Source of the DNA: Eukaryota sp. GEM-RC1
Lineage: Eukaryota
Direction of reading: 5' to 3'
DNA: 64,000 nucleotides
NCBI GenBank assembly: GCA_040285855.1
Contig: JAUFOQ010000016.1
Coordinates: 2,852,001-2,916,000, forward strand
The position numbers and the translations under genes were made by a program. Within the stretch, counting starts at the first letter, position 1; the number at the start of each line of letters is the position of its first letter. The notes under the pieces were generated by a model that saw only the letters and a program-made list of their open reading frames with translations, ran no database searches and was not told the DNA's origin. Positions 1 through 12,929 of this stretch are shown in pieces.

Positions 1-803
1 GAATTGAAAGTAAGTCATCCGCATTGTTAAGAAGTTGGAAGATTTGTAAATACAGTGGCGGTGACGTACGATTGCAATGACTGCAATCAACCATTGAGCT
101 CAACTTCTTGGAGTAAGATCCAAAGTCAGATAATAGAGAGTCTGGAGAGAGTTCTGGAACAGAAGTAATTCTTCTATCAACAATGAACGTTGAAACTAAG
201 ATTGAACTAAATAATCCAGACGAATTCTTGAAACAGGCAATGATTGGATCCCACACGTGACGATTGACCCATGATTTGATATTAAACAGAACATCTTTCT
301 GAAGTTTTCCAGAGGGATCAAGGAGGGAAAGAATTTCCATTTCATTAGACATTTCTTCTTCTTTAAAACTACTATAAATAGACTCCAAATGAGAAGCCTT
401 GACATCAGGTTCAAGCAGTTGGGCAATGAACTGTACAATTTGTTGAGAAATTGTAGTAGCAGCTGCTACAGGATCAATTCCAGAAGGAACATCACCATCT
501 TGATCGTTTCCAAAAGAATCTTTGACGTCTTTGTCATCACTAAGCAGAGCGGCAGGATGCTCAATCAGGAAATCGGAACATGAATTAACATAGCCGGTGT
601 AGAAATGATGGAATAAAGCCGTAGAAGAAATCTTTGCAACCAAAAATTTCACGGGGGGAATTATTATCGATCTGTAAGTCTTTCAACAAAGCGGAAGCTA
701 TCTGTGTTCTGAGGGGAGAAATTGGAAACGATATCATCATCAAGAGAAGAACAAGAGATTGAAATTCATTCCGCAATTCTGACAAGTTTGATACGCTCAA
801 CAC
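1..803 (-). pseudogene. 5' part of RNF213-like gene, second copy (runs off window start)
   Basis: Reverse complement of 44817..45619; same ORF translations (MLSVSNLSELRNEF...). Confidence 0.75.
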
Positions 804-1243
804 CGGCTACACCATTTAAGGTGTATGTAACATGTAATGATTAGGTGTTTAATTACATGAGAGTGTTATATTCATCTGAATCACAAACCTCTACGGTTCG
901 TATGGGTCCGGTTAACACACACACACATTTCTGCACATCAGCAGAAACTATCTGTATTTGAACAACATTACTAACAGTGTTTTCTGAGAATTGACTTTGT
1001 ATAATGAGATTGTAAGCTGGCATAACAAATTTCTCTTGTAATTGACTGTACATCATAACTAGGTATCACAATCAACTTTAATACAATGCAAGTAATAAAA
1101 TCACTTTATTCTACGTGAATTGGGAACTTGCTTTTGATGGGGTCCTTCCAATGTCCTTAAAAGGATTTCAGTGTTGAGTAAAAGGCTGTACACATGTGGA
1201 TGACACATTCAGTATTACACTACATCATGCTGAATGTTCCTAG

Positions 1244-1328
1244 TGTAGATTATCATAGTATGAGAATCATAGATTATAAACCAACTTAATTTCATTCATT
1301 GTATGTCCACTAACTCCATACAGCATCA
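1244..1328 (+). repeat. 5' LTR (85 bp)
   Basis: TGTAGATTATC...CAGCATCA, identical to 7204-7288; contains TATAAA (1275-1280) and the ORF ATG (1303). Confidence 0.93.
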
Positions 1329-4300
1329 ATACGTATTGGCTGAAAACGCCGACGTGGAACTCACCTCAGATCCAGGATCTCTTCCCAGCATCAATATGCT
1401 GAAGACTTCTCTTGGGAAGGAGGTATCCCCTTCTGAAAAAGAAAGTAAACCTTCAATCCTTCCTCTCTCCGAGGATAAACAGGATGAGAATGTCCTTCTC
1501 AGTCCTGACGACAAGAGCATCCCTCTTGTTCGTAAATCTTCAAACTCAACGACAAGAGTGTCCCTCCTGTTCGTAAACCCAAGAGTGTCCCTCCTGTTCG
1601 TAAAACTAAGAGTGTCCCTTCGAAGAAGACTTCTTCTAAGAAGAATAAGCTCAAAGTAACGTATCTTCCAAATGGGATAAAAACATCTGACCCAGATGAT
1701 ATCAGAACCCCTGATCCCAACAAGAAGAGTTACGTAAACGACAAAAACTTCAATCGAACAGGGATAGCTTTAAACCCTAAAGAACTCCGTGAAAATCGTG
1801 AACTCCACACGAAGCTGTTGATTGAAAGATATGGTGACATCAACGCCGAACTCATCCGTCTTGGGAAAGAACAGGCTGAACAGAATAAGTCAGCTTCAGA
1901 GGATGACTTGTCTCTCAGTCCCCTCCATGTTTCATCTCCAGACAAGACTCCCCCAAAAGACGACATTTCACCCAGCAGCGATTCCCTGCCTATCCCAATT
2001 CAAGACACAGGGAATTCCAATCCCCTCGTGGAACAACTCCTGAAAGAGAACAATGATCTCAGAATGGAGATGTTAACGGTCATGAAGCAGTTGAGTACCC
2101 CTCAACCTAAGGCTTTAGATTCACCTATGGCGACCCCTAAGGTAATATCCAACTCCACCAAACCCAAAGGTGGCTCAATCTTCACTTTGCCCAGTGATAC
2201 GAGCAAACTCCCTGGTATAACAGTACCTACTGCTTTTACCAATACCAAGTTTGAGTTCGGAGCTGATTCCCCCAGTTCCTTCATGGATGCAGCCACTGGC
2301 GTAGCTACCCCTGAAAACGCAAAGTTCGCTGAACTCGAAAACGAAACCCGCCGAGAAGCCAAGCTCAAACCGCCTTACTTGCAGAAAACCGACCAGTTTT
2401 CATGCCTGAATTTCGCTCTAGAGTGGCGCCGGTATTCCAGAGCCCGCGGTAAGAGCATTGATATATCCCAACATCTGCTCGAACTCGAAAACCAAGTACT
2501 GGCCTGGAGACAACTTGCCGAACCCACCACAGCAGATGAACTGTTCACTCCTTTCGAGGATGTACTATCCATCAACAAGACCACTTATGGCGAACCCCGT
2601 CATGGCCTCGATTTAGCCAGAGACCTTCTGCTAAACGTCGACATTAGAGGAATTCAACTCCATGTAGACCCTCACATCCTGAGCTCGTGGAAATCTGATG
2701 GCACCATCGCCAACTTCTTATGCAACTGGGCAATCTGGGAACGAATAATCATCAGCTCCCAATTTGAATCCCCCCAGATTGCAGACAACGCCCTTGCCGA
2801 ATGCCGCATGGACTGGGACAAGTCATGGAGCTCCAACAAAGAGCGTTGGGATGACTTCCTTCGCCGCTTCACAATCGTGGCAAACATGTCCACCATGATT
2901 GAACTGAACACCACTCAGTTGTACTGTTTCGAAGCCCGGGACATATTAAAATACTTTGCCCACAACATCGGTATTCCAATCATCCGATCGGACACGAAGA
3001 TCTTCTTCAAAGATAAAGCCTCCTTTGCTCAACTCAGCACAGTCGAGGTGTTCAAGGACCTGAAAGACCGGTACTTGAACTGGTGCAGCCAGAACATCCA
3101 GCGTCAGAATATTAGATTCCAATATATCTCAGATGCTAGATTCCTGGACACTACTCGTCCATCCACTCCCCCAATCACTGAGTCAAGTGCCCCCTATCTC
3201 CATCACTCGAGTGTCCCTCGATACAACAAGTTGAAGAACTTCCGTCCCTCCTTCGACTCTGACAGTGACTCAGACGTTAGAAATAGGAACCCCCGAAAAA
3301 AATCTCATAAACGTGGACAATTCAAAGGTCCCAGAGGTCCCGGTAAGAATCGCCAAAAGCCCAAGCACAGAGACACAGGATCTGAATCAGTATGTAAGTA
3401 CTGCAAAGAGCCTGGCCATACAGTCGAAATGTGCCCCGATCCCAACTGCAGAGTATCCTCTTTAAACGCTGGTAAGTTTGAAGAAAGAAAACGCAGATCC
3501 GGTAGTGGTAATGTAGATTTAAAGCGTAATAAAAACGATAATTATTTGAATTTTTTGTCGACAACCTCGACACCAAGCTCTTACACCTCACACACACTCA
3601 ACAATCCTATCAGCGAAATCCTCAACGATACACCCAGGATTATGAGTATAACTCGCAACAACCAAGACAAATTCATTGCCCTGAACATGTCTGTTAACGA
3701 TGTTTCAATATCCGGAACCATAGATTCAGGCGCACAAGTCTCCGTCATCACTCAAGACTTAGTCGATCTCTGCAAGATGAACACCTCACAGGAAACAATC
3801 TCCTACATCACTGCAAATGGCACCCGTACATCGTCCTTAGGCACAGCCAAAGGTGTTCTTGCGTTCCAGCTCAATAGCGCAGCTAACCTAGTTTATATAG
3901 ATCACTCCTTCCCTATTGTTACCGGTAATAAAACAATGCTCATCGGAATCGATTTATTAAACAAATTAGGGCTGTTGACAGAGGACAGCCTAGTCATTAG
4001 ACTAGATAAAGAACATAACACCATCTTGAAAGATGAATCGGAATTCGATCACCTAATGAGCATACACTCACCAGTGAGGTCCAGACACACCGATCATTCC
4101 ACATCATTCAATCCAGTTGAATCCGGTTGCACAATCGAACTAGACAATCAACTTCTAGAGGAAGAGCTCACATCCCTCTTAGAAGAATTCAGGATCATAT
4201 TCCAGTCGACTCCCCATCCCGATGGAATAGATTGTCCCCCAATGGAAATACCCTTCCACGACGAATCAACTGTCGTCAAAAGGAAACCACGCTACTTCAA

Positions 4301-7203
4301 TCCTGAGAAGCTAAAGATCGCCAATGGCATCTTTGACGAACTTATCGAACAAGGTTTCGCCGTGTCATCCCCACAATCTAAGTTTTCAAGCCCTGTAGTA
4401 CTCGTCACATACCCTGATCAGAGGAAACCACGTCTGACTGGAGATTACAGCGGAACAGGAGGTGTTAACGATTCAACAGTCCCGATAGCATCCGACCTGC
4501 CCAACATCGCTGACGTGATCACATTCTTACCAGCAGCAAACTTCATTGCAACCCTCGATCTCCCCAAGGCCTTCTGGCAACTCAAAGTTGCTCCAAAAGA
4601 TATGGACAAAACTGCTTTAACAATCCCTGGCAGAACAATCAAGTTCACCAGAGCTCCATTCGGCCTGAAAAATGTACCAGCAATTTTTCAAAACCTGATG
4701 ACAGAGATCTTCGCAATGGATGGAGTCTTCATCTATCTAGATGACATCATAGTTATAGCTTCAGCGTTCGATGAATTTATAACTCGACTTCGAGCAGTTT
4801 TCAATAAAGCACAATCCGCTAGAGTAACCCTCGGCATCCACAAGTGCAAGTTTGTAACCCACAAACACCCAATCAAGATATTAGGCAGTATCTTCCACAA
4901 CAAAACCAGATTAATCGATGATGTCAGAATCAAAGCTGTCCTTGAAATTCCAAATCCCAAGACAGTAAAAGATGTAAGAAGCCTCGTAGGTTCAATCAAC
5001 TACATCAGAGACTGGTTACCAGGAATCTCTCAATTGTTAGCCCCAATTATCGCCCTGACCAAAGGAAAACCTAAAGGCGTAAAATGGGAACACAAACACC
5101 AACGAGCTTTTGATTCAATCAAAAATTTGATAGTCCATCAAATACCACTCGACCTTCCTGGCCCCAATAGTAACATCCTCATTAGCGCAGACGCTTCTGA
5201 CCTTGCTGTTGGAGGTGTCATCTGGAACGAAATCTCTCCAAGTCCACCAGGTACACCATTGATAAAACGAAAGGTTCAACCTATTAGTTTCTTCAGCCGT
5301 ATACTGTCCGATTCTCAGCTCAACTGGGCGACCATCCAGAAAGAGCTTTACGCCATCCTCATCATCCTGACTGAGTCGAGCTTGGCTAACTTCCTCAAGA
5401 CTAGGCACCTTACAATCTTCACAGATCACAAGAACCTAGCATACCTCATTTCGTGTCCCGATAAGAACAGAATGGTTAAAAGATGGCTCTTCGTACTTTC
5501 AGAATACCAATTCGACATCGTACACACATCTGGAGTTGACAACCACTGGGCAGACATGCTCTCACGGTTATGTCCTCACCAATCTCCCATCCAGCAATCC
5601 GCTGCACAACCTACTGATGATCCAGTAGCCGTTACAAGAATTGATCACACCGATCTCCCCTCAATTAACAGTCTCCGTGAAGTTGCACAAAGAGATCTCC
5701 CAATCTTCAGCAATTGGTTGAGCAGAATCCGTTCCGAACAATTCAAAGCGATTGAGTCAAACGAACCCCTCTTCAACAACACAACATTCTACGATAGAGT
5801 ACAGTTATATCTAACCAACGACAAGAAAATCCTGATCCCCTTGTCCCTCAGGAAATCCGCCTTGCTCAACATCCATGGATTAGTACAATCTGGTCATCCC
5901 AGTATAGCAACATCAGTTAAAAACCTTAACGACAGCGACTATTGGTGGCCTAACATGAAAGACGATCTAGTCAATCATATCAAGAGCTGTCCCTCATGGC
6001 AAAAGACATCCCCTGTCAAAAGGGATCAAATCCCTCACTCAGGATCACTTTGGGCCGATAAACCATTCGCCAAAGTTAATGTAGACACTATTGGTCCATT
6101 ATCTTCTGACGCTGAAGGTAACCGTTACATCCTAGTATTTGTAGATTCTTTCACAAGATTCACTATATTAGCCCCAATCAATGAACTGAACGCTAAAGAA
6201 GTTGCATATGCACTCGTGTTCAACGTATGTGGTATATTCGGTATCCCCTATTCCATCCACAGCGACAACGGTCCTGAATTTGCTAACGCAACATTCAACG
6301 CAGTCTGTCAACTGCTGGCAATTGATAACACAACATCCATCCCCCACTTTTCTCAATCTAACGGGTTAGTCGAGAGACGTCATCGCGATGTCTTAAGAAA
6401 TCTTCAACGTTTCCTAATCGACTTTGGAACATTCGACAACTGGACCGAATACCTTCCCTTCGTACAACTCCAGCTAAACGCAACAAAGAATCGTTACACT
6501 GAACACACCCCTTATGAACTAATGTTTGGGTCCTCTTTTGGGCCTAAGGCAGATCCTAGTATCATACTCAGAGCCCTCGAAGCTTCCAATTTAAGTATCC
6601 CTTTTATCGAAGACCTTCAAAGAAAAAACGAGAGAATCCGGGAAAGGCAAGAATCAGCAAGTAGCAATCAATCGTCAAAGAGACCCCCTAAGTCCAATAA
6701 ATCAAATCCATTTGAAATTGGCGATCTGATCCTCAGATCCTCTAAGACTGCTACAAAGCTTCATGGCAAACACTCTGGCCCATTCCTGGTCATCGAGCTC
6801 CTTTCATCATCATCCTTGAAAATCAAGAACCTTGTATCTGGCATTGAATCCCAAGCTAGTGTACATCAATGCAAACTCTATCATTCTGACCTCCCATCAG
6901 ATCATGGCATCCATCAACAAGTTGCAGCTGGTGATAAGGGAAGAACATGTCATCACTGAAGTGTTAGATCAATTCGACTCACCTGAAGGTCCAATGTGTT
7001 CTGTATTATGGTATGGAGGAGATATCACTGCAGTTGCTACTTCAAGTATTAAAAACACTAAGGCATTTATGGTGTTTAAGAAAAATAATAATAATCCTTG
7101 CATAGACCAGAGAAAGAGATCATCCTCAAAAGCTAATCCTAACAAGACTCCCATAGCCAAGAGAACTCGAAGAAGAACTGGTTCGAAGAAGGAGAAGAAG
7201 TAG
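1303..7203 (+). CDS. gag-pol: Gag-Pol polyprotein (consensus single ORF, ~1966 aa): Gag with CCHC knuckle, aspartic protease, RT, RNase H, integrase, chromodomain-like tail
   Basis: CKYCKEPGHTVEMC; IDSGA; LDLPKAFWQL and YLDD; ADASD...TDH; H-H-C-C, VDT, SDNG, NGLVER; EEHVITEVLD...VLWYG. Two 1-bp indels (near 1542 and 6940) are in frame in copy 2. The zinc-finger CPSC reads CPSW in this copy. Confidence 0.92.
1513..1619 (+). repeat. 27-bp coding tandem repeat (KSVPPVRKP) in Gag N-terminus
   Basis: aagagtgtccctcctgttcgtaaa occurs twice perfectly, plus one degenerate and one partial unit. Confidence 0.85.
7185..7203 (+). other. Polypurine tract, also encoding the last codons KKEKK-stop
   Basis: gaagaaggagaagaag-tag directly abuts the 3' LTR. 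Confidence 0.85.
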
Positions 7204-7288
7204 TGTAGATTATCATAGTATGAGAATCATAGATTATAAACCAACTTAATTTCATTCATTGTATGTCCACTAACTCCATACAGCATCA
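7204..7288 (+). repeat. 3' LTR (85 bp)
   Basis: Identical to 1244-1328; followed by CTAG. Confidence 0.93.
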
Positions 7289-7292
7289 CTAG

Positions 7293-8560
7293 TACACCTA
7301 TTTTTGTTGAATATAATGAAATTTGCATTAAAACAGGGGTAGATCGGTTTTACTTGTCTCATCAATCATCAGCCATTCCATCCAAAAGAAGTCATACAGC
7401 ATCTGGATAAGAAAAAACTGTGAATGTGATATTCATTCTCGGAGCTGATGTAATTCTTACATGTAAAAAATGTCCATCAAATACTCAAGTTATTGTACAA
7501 TGCTTGTTTTGCACTGTTTATCGACAACAACACTACAGTGTACATAAATGTAATAATCAATATCCTCAAAGTCCAGATTGCTTATCTGGAAATTATCTCC
7601 TACATTTCCCTCATAATGTCTGCCAAGAGATAATAAGCGCTGGATACAGAAGTCACCATACCTTTGAAGATAGCAAACACAATTGGATTTTTCAAAAATT
7701 TAAGATCAAAAGTGATAGAAGTTTTTCTTTTACAATCTTCACAAAAAATAAAGAAATGATGTGGCCGATTCACCTAAATAAACGTACAGTGAAAACACAA
7801 AAGGTACAACAAGTAATTCGTGTGTGAAACCGAATCCTATTTTTTTAATTTAGGACAATATTTTTCCATTTATAATTTTTCACCAATGTACAGAGGGTTT
7901 TTCAGCATTCCAGATTGCCCACTTTGGCATTTCAAATTATGTGGAGAATTATCAGGCCAAATACATGACCGTAAACGCATGTTTAATAACCAAGAAAAAT
8001 ACTGGAAACTTGAGGAGTATAAGTAATCAGAAATGAAGCGGAGCCATCAGAAACATTCATTAAACAATTTGCAAAAACTTTTCCTTGACAATGCCAAGTC
8101 GAACATTATAATCCAACTTTCAATAATATTTGGTTTTTCTGTTGTAATTTTTTCAGACAAAACTGAAGATTAGTCAAAGTTTTTTCAGGTATTTCAGACA
8201 CAGATTCTGGGAAACACTGAGACCAAACGTCAAACGGTAATTTAATTAACGCTTCGTTTAAGTTAAATAAATATTTAGACGAATTGGGGTTAATAGGTCA
8301 AATATCATAAGGAAATCGATTAACAAATTCAAAATTGAAACTTTTTCACCTAAAAATGAAGATTTGCAAAAAATTGACGATTTGATAAAAACAATACCAC
8401 CAAAATGGGCAGAAGTAAACAAGTGACTTCTACCTAACGTTGAATCAACTTTTAATATTGATACAAAAAAATTAATGCTCAACTCGTTAATAGATCTGCA
8501 AAAATTCAGAGCGATTGGAGAGAGGAGCTGCACATCGCAAAACATGTGCTACAATGACGA
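7293..8560 (+). pseudogene. Possible decayed hAT-like transposase (target of the LTR insertion; mirrored at ~37070..38334)
   Basis: Broken frames with weak motif echoes: D-x-SYM-x-K, YP...LLHFPHNVCQEI (cf. CxxHxLHNV), VESTF. Boundaries uncertain. Confidence 0.25.
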
Positions 8561-9689
8561 CATCTAAAATGTAAATCAAAACAATTGATTTACAGTAGAT
8601 TGGATTGCATAAACAACTTACTACCATCACTGGTTGAGATAGACATACTATATGCCGCATTATAACAGTATATATATTGGGGATGAACCCAGCTATATTG
8701 GTGTAACAATTTTGAAGATTGCCGTAAATTGGTTTCGTATTTTTACAATTGTCGTATTTAACGGCAAGTTTAAAAAAAGTGGCTACGCGAAATACGGAAA
8801 AATAGTTTTACAATTAAAACTACAAAACTAAGAACGGATAAAGAAAAACCATGAACCGACTAATCAGAATCGGAGTCATGACATCGTTTTGGATGGTCTT
8901 TACGCTGAAACGTTTGAACAATTTGGAGACTATTAACTTGTCCAGTGGAAAATGTAAAGATTTTCACTTCAAACGATGACGATTATCAAAAGAATACGGT
9001 TTCGGGGAAGTCTTGTCAGTGGTAGATCCCTTGATTCTTCAGAACCATGATGGTAACCCAGCTTCTTCGTGTCGACAATACGTGTCCGACTTACTCAATG
9101 CTGTACTTGTAAGTACTAAGGAAACTGATGTCGGTTAATTAGTACTGAACTGATTCAATTCATGACAAAATAGAGGATAACGCTTACATTTCGTTCATGA
9201 AATTACGTCATGTATTTGCATAATGAACTACATGACGATGTTACAATAAAATTTCAAAAAAACTATAAAGGGGGCTTTATGGTCAAAAGCCATATCTAAC
9301 AACGATTGTTCCTAATAATCCAAACAATGTGTTTTGGACGTGTTCTAGACTTGAAAAAGCTCACAGTTCGTAAGGTATGTCGGTAAAAACTCATCACTTA
9401 TAATACTCTCATAAAGATGATCAATTATGCTTTGATGTTTCGATTTTCGGGACATGAAAAAGACAATTTATATTCTCACTACGGTAACATTTGCCGTAAA
9501 TAATTTCCGAATTTTTACAGTTACCATATTTTGCGGAAACCGAGTAAAGTGGCGTACTGTAATATACGGTAGCGTACAGCCAATATTGTACGGTACGCTG
9601 TTTTAATATACGTCAGTGTTACGTATACAGAAATTTTGTTGCAAATAAGCTCCGCGTTGTTTGTACTAGCATATTCCACTTCAGCAAAA

Positions 9690-9823
9690 TGTTGTCAATA
9701 TATATATTATTCACAGTAACAACACATGTACCATATTGTTCCAGTTCTCATATTGTCAGAAAATATTGTTGGTGTACAATAAACATATTGTAATTAAAAT
9801 TCAATTGTTATTTCTGATCCCTG
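9690..9823 (-). mobile_element. Partial end of an element related to the MITE at 23813 (mirror at 35817..35950)
   Basis: The reverse complement begins CAGGGA and contains atatgtttattgtacaccaacaatatt..., similar to 23813-23930. Partner end not found. Confidence 0.5.
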
Positions 9824-9967
9824 GTTTGTGTGTTGAACTGAATGATTTCAAATATACAATTAGGGTATTGCCAAATAGTTTAATATTGTTGATTTGTAAA
9901 TGTTCTCAAAAAATAGGCATCAAGGACAAGAAAACTACTAGTATAATTTCCAACAAGAAGTTTCCGT

Positions 9968-12064
9968 TCAAGAACTCAACGTAATAGCAGTCACATCAGA
10001 CTTGGGAAGTGGATCAAGTTCAATTGAATCAAGAATGGTCATAACACGAGCTTCAGCTTCAAACTTTTCCTCAATTGTTGTACATACAAAATTTGGAATT
10101 TCATTAGAAATCTTTCGAATTACGTGTGCAATGATTAAAGAGACTTGAGGTCTAGTAACACGCAGAATGTTGGCCAAAACATCTAAACATTCAATTAATG
10201 TATCACGAAGTTGAGCCAATCCATGATAAACGTCATACAGTCTAGCATACTGTTCTCCAATACCATTAGTAACACAAGCACGAGCTAAGACCATGTACAA
10301 AGAGATACTTGATCCAAGTAACCAAGACCTTAGATTTGAATAGCGGAATAAACCCTTCATACAAGGTTCTACAGTTCCATTAGTATATACATCGTAACGA
10401 CCAGGTTGTAGTCCAGGTTGCCATTGAGGATTGGAGGAAAAGTGTTTGAAAGGAACTTCAGGTGAAGAATTCTTTGGTACCCAATTGACTGCAGAACATT
10501 TTGGACAATGATTAGCTACCCATTTCCAGACATCGGGACGATTACCATCTTCACCAACGCTTTGAGTGTGACCGCAAGTTAAACAGTAGTAGCTATGAAA
10601 CATATACATACGTATACCAATTCTTGAAAAACAACTATTTGGGAAATTGAAGGGAATAAAAACAGCACCAATAAAGGAATACATAAAGACTTGACAAGCA
10701 TCAGAATTTAAAATTTCACCGAGTGGAAGTAGGTATGAAATATATATTTCAAACAGATTGTAAAGTTGTTTGAAATTTGATTCTGGTATATTCATATTCT
10801 TAGAAATTAAAATAGCAGAAACCTTATGCCCAGTGATTTCAGATAAGTCAATAGTTCCGCTTTGAAGTCTTTGGACTTCTTCAATGATTGCAGGATTACT
10901 CTTATAGTCAGTACCACCTGCTAGACCACTAAAATCGTTATCACTTATAACAAATGGGGTAATTAAAGGAAGTCCTTTTGAAACGTGACAGGATTTTTCA
11001 AATTTACTTTCTAAATCACGAACTTTCACCTTCAAACTATTCTTTTCACTCTTCAAAAGGGAAATGATCTCCTTAAGATTTCCGTCGTTAATAAAAATGA
11101 TTGATCATCACAATCAGAAACAATCACACTTTTAATAACCTCAATGATTTCATTGATTGTGGGTCGTAGCATGGGATCAGAATTCAAACATTTTGAAATT
11201 AAATCCTTTAAACAATCAGGTACTGAAGAATCAAAAGGTAATGGTTTGTCTCGAAATTTCGCACCAAAAATCTGCTTCGTTGAATACCCTTCAAAAGCTT
11301 CTTTTCCAGACAAAATTTCATACATAACTAATCCAAGTGAATAAATGTCACTAAAAGGACCAGGAGGATCATCAAATTGTTCAGGAGCAGCGTATTTGAA
11401 AGTCACATCATTAGCGCTAGTTACTCTAGTTGTAGCTGAAACAGTTTTGGAAGTGCCAAAATCAGCAACTTTAACATGATCATCCACTAGAAGAATATTA
11501 CCTGGTTTCAAATCACCATGTACAACAGACTTCAGGTGTAGAAACTTCACACCCTGGCAAAGCTCTTTAACGTATCTAAGTGTTACTGGTGAAAGAGAAC
11601 TTGGGAAGGGGAGGGAAGAAGAAGCTCTTTCCATCACGATACCAATGGAATCATTGAAGAAGGAGATGCCATAGACACGTATAATAGAGGGATGGTTCAG
11701 GTTGTAGAGCAGATTCATTTCTTTTTGGAGTAGGAGTTTTCCTTTTTCCGTGAGTTCAACCATCTTTACAGCGACAGGGAGATCGGACCATTCAGCAGCG
11801 TAGACGACAGCAAAACCTCCCTTTGCGATCTTGGTTTTTAGAAGTATGTGATCGGAGGGAATTTGAGGACAAAGATCGCCATTTCGAGAGGCTTGGACGA
11901 GATCCTGTAAAGCAAAATTGGTTTTCTTCTCGGTGAGACATTTGGTACGACAGATGTTAAGAGAAGCAGAGCATTCAGTACAAGCAGAGTGTTCTTCACA
12001 ACAAATCAATAGAGGGGAGACGAGAAGATAGATTAAACGACTGATAACAGACAAAGCAGTCCAT
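9968..12064 (-). CDS. Type D chimera: RING - protein kinase - short coiled coil - truncated RNF213-like E3 module (RZ-like finger lacking the CG cysteine)
   Basis: Kinase AKGGF, VAVK, HGDLKPGN, DFG, YAAPE; then YYCLTCGH...CPKC and NPQWQPG. Joined across homopolymer frameshifts. This copy has an in-frame 9-bp deletion removing a RING cysteine. Confidence 0.8.
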
Positions 12065-12101
12065 ATGGAGTGTGAAGGAATTGGTTTTCATTTTTCAAAA
12101 C

Positions 12102-12665
12102 CAGGCTTGTCACTTGATAAAAAACGTTTAAAACATATTTTGAAAAAAAACGACGTTTTTTATTCTTGTCAACGTTTTTATGTTCTGGATTGACACAAAG
12201 AGCACGACTTTCTACTCCACTTTTGTCTTAATATGGCAGAAGTTATTTCATGTTTGTTGTTTCTGACCAAGCAAGACTGAAACAAGGCAAACATATTTGT
12301 TGGTGACACTATTACTGGTACAGTATATGCTCTTTGGTTCTGTATCTGAGTAAAACGGCCTTCAGGTACACTCAAACAGTGTTATTGTTGCATATACCCC
12401 GTTATCTTCCCGTCCTGACCACGTGATCATCGTTAGATGAGCACTATACTTATCTCCATGGTGTTATGCTTTCAAGCTCAAAAGAACATAGCTGCAATGA
12501 TCGAACTATGGAAGATTTGGTTGATGAAAATGAACTGAGAAAAAAAGTGGAAAGTTGAAAAAGTTGATCTGCCCTTTTTGAACGTTTTTTATCAAATTCG
12601 AAAAAAACGGAAAAAACGGAAAAAACGTCGTTTTTTATTTTTGATCAACGTTTTTTACAAGCCTG
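12102..12665. mobile_element. Non-autonomous hAT-type element (MITE family 1)
   Basis: TIR CAGGCTTGT...ACAAGCCTG, subterminal AAAAAACG repeats, perfect 8-bp TSD TTCAAAAC (12094-12101, 12666-12673). Confidence 0.88.
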
Positions 12666-12929
12666 TTCAAAACCAAGAACTTAACAGCAAATACAGTGTT
12701 ACACCGCAATCGAATTTTGACTTGTCATGTGATGCAAGCGTTTGAATTAGGAATGTTAATTAGTTCAGTTCAGTTCACACTTTTTTGAACTAGTTACCAT
12801 TCCAAGTTTTTTTGTTTTCTGAAAATATATGGAACAAAAACACCAAAATAAACACAAATACTAAAACTCAATATCATTAAAGCAACAATCCTTGCCATTA
12901 AAACTCACATCACCTTTTTCTTCATAAAA

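Larger units (their letters stand above)
1244..7288 (+). mobile_element. Ty3/Gypsy (chromovirus-like) LTR retrotransposon, full length, copy 1
   Basis: Identical 85-bp TG...CA LTRs at 1244-1328 and 7204-7288; 4-bp TSD CTAG (1240-1243, 7289-7292); PPT before the 3' LTR; PR-RT-RH-IN domain order. Confidence 0.96.

Noticed and set aside
1241..1243. LTR extended by TAG at its 5' end
   Set aside because: TAG precedes both LTRs only because the TSD (CTAG) and the ORF stop codon coincide. TG...CA ends and the 4-bp TSD fix the boundaries.
1530..1830. Separate ORF1 or gag-pol frameshift signal
   Set aside because: The breaks fall at different homopolymers in the two copies; the consensus is one ORF.
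12560..12660. Short repeats resembling a CRISPR array or iterons
   Set aside because: They are MITE subterminal AAAAAACG repeats, with no repeat-spacer periodicity, in a eukaryotic context.
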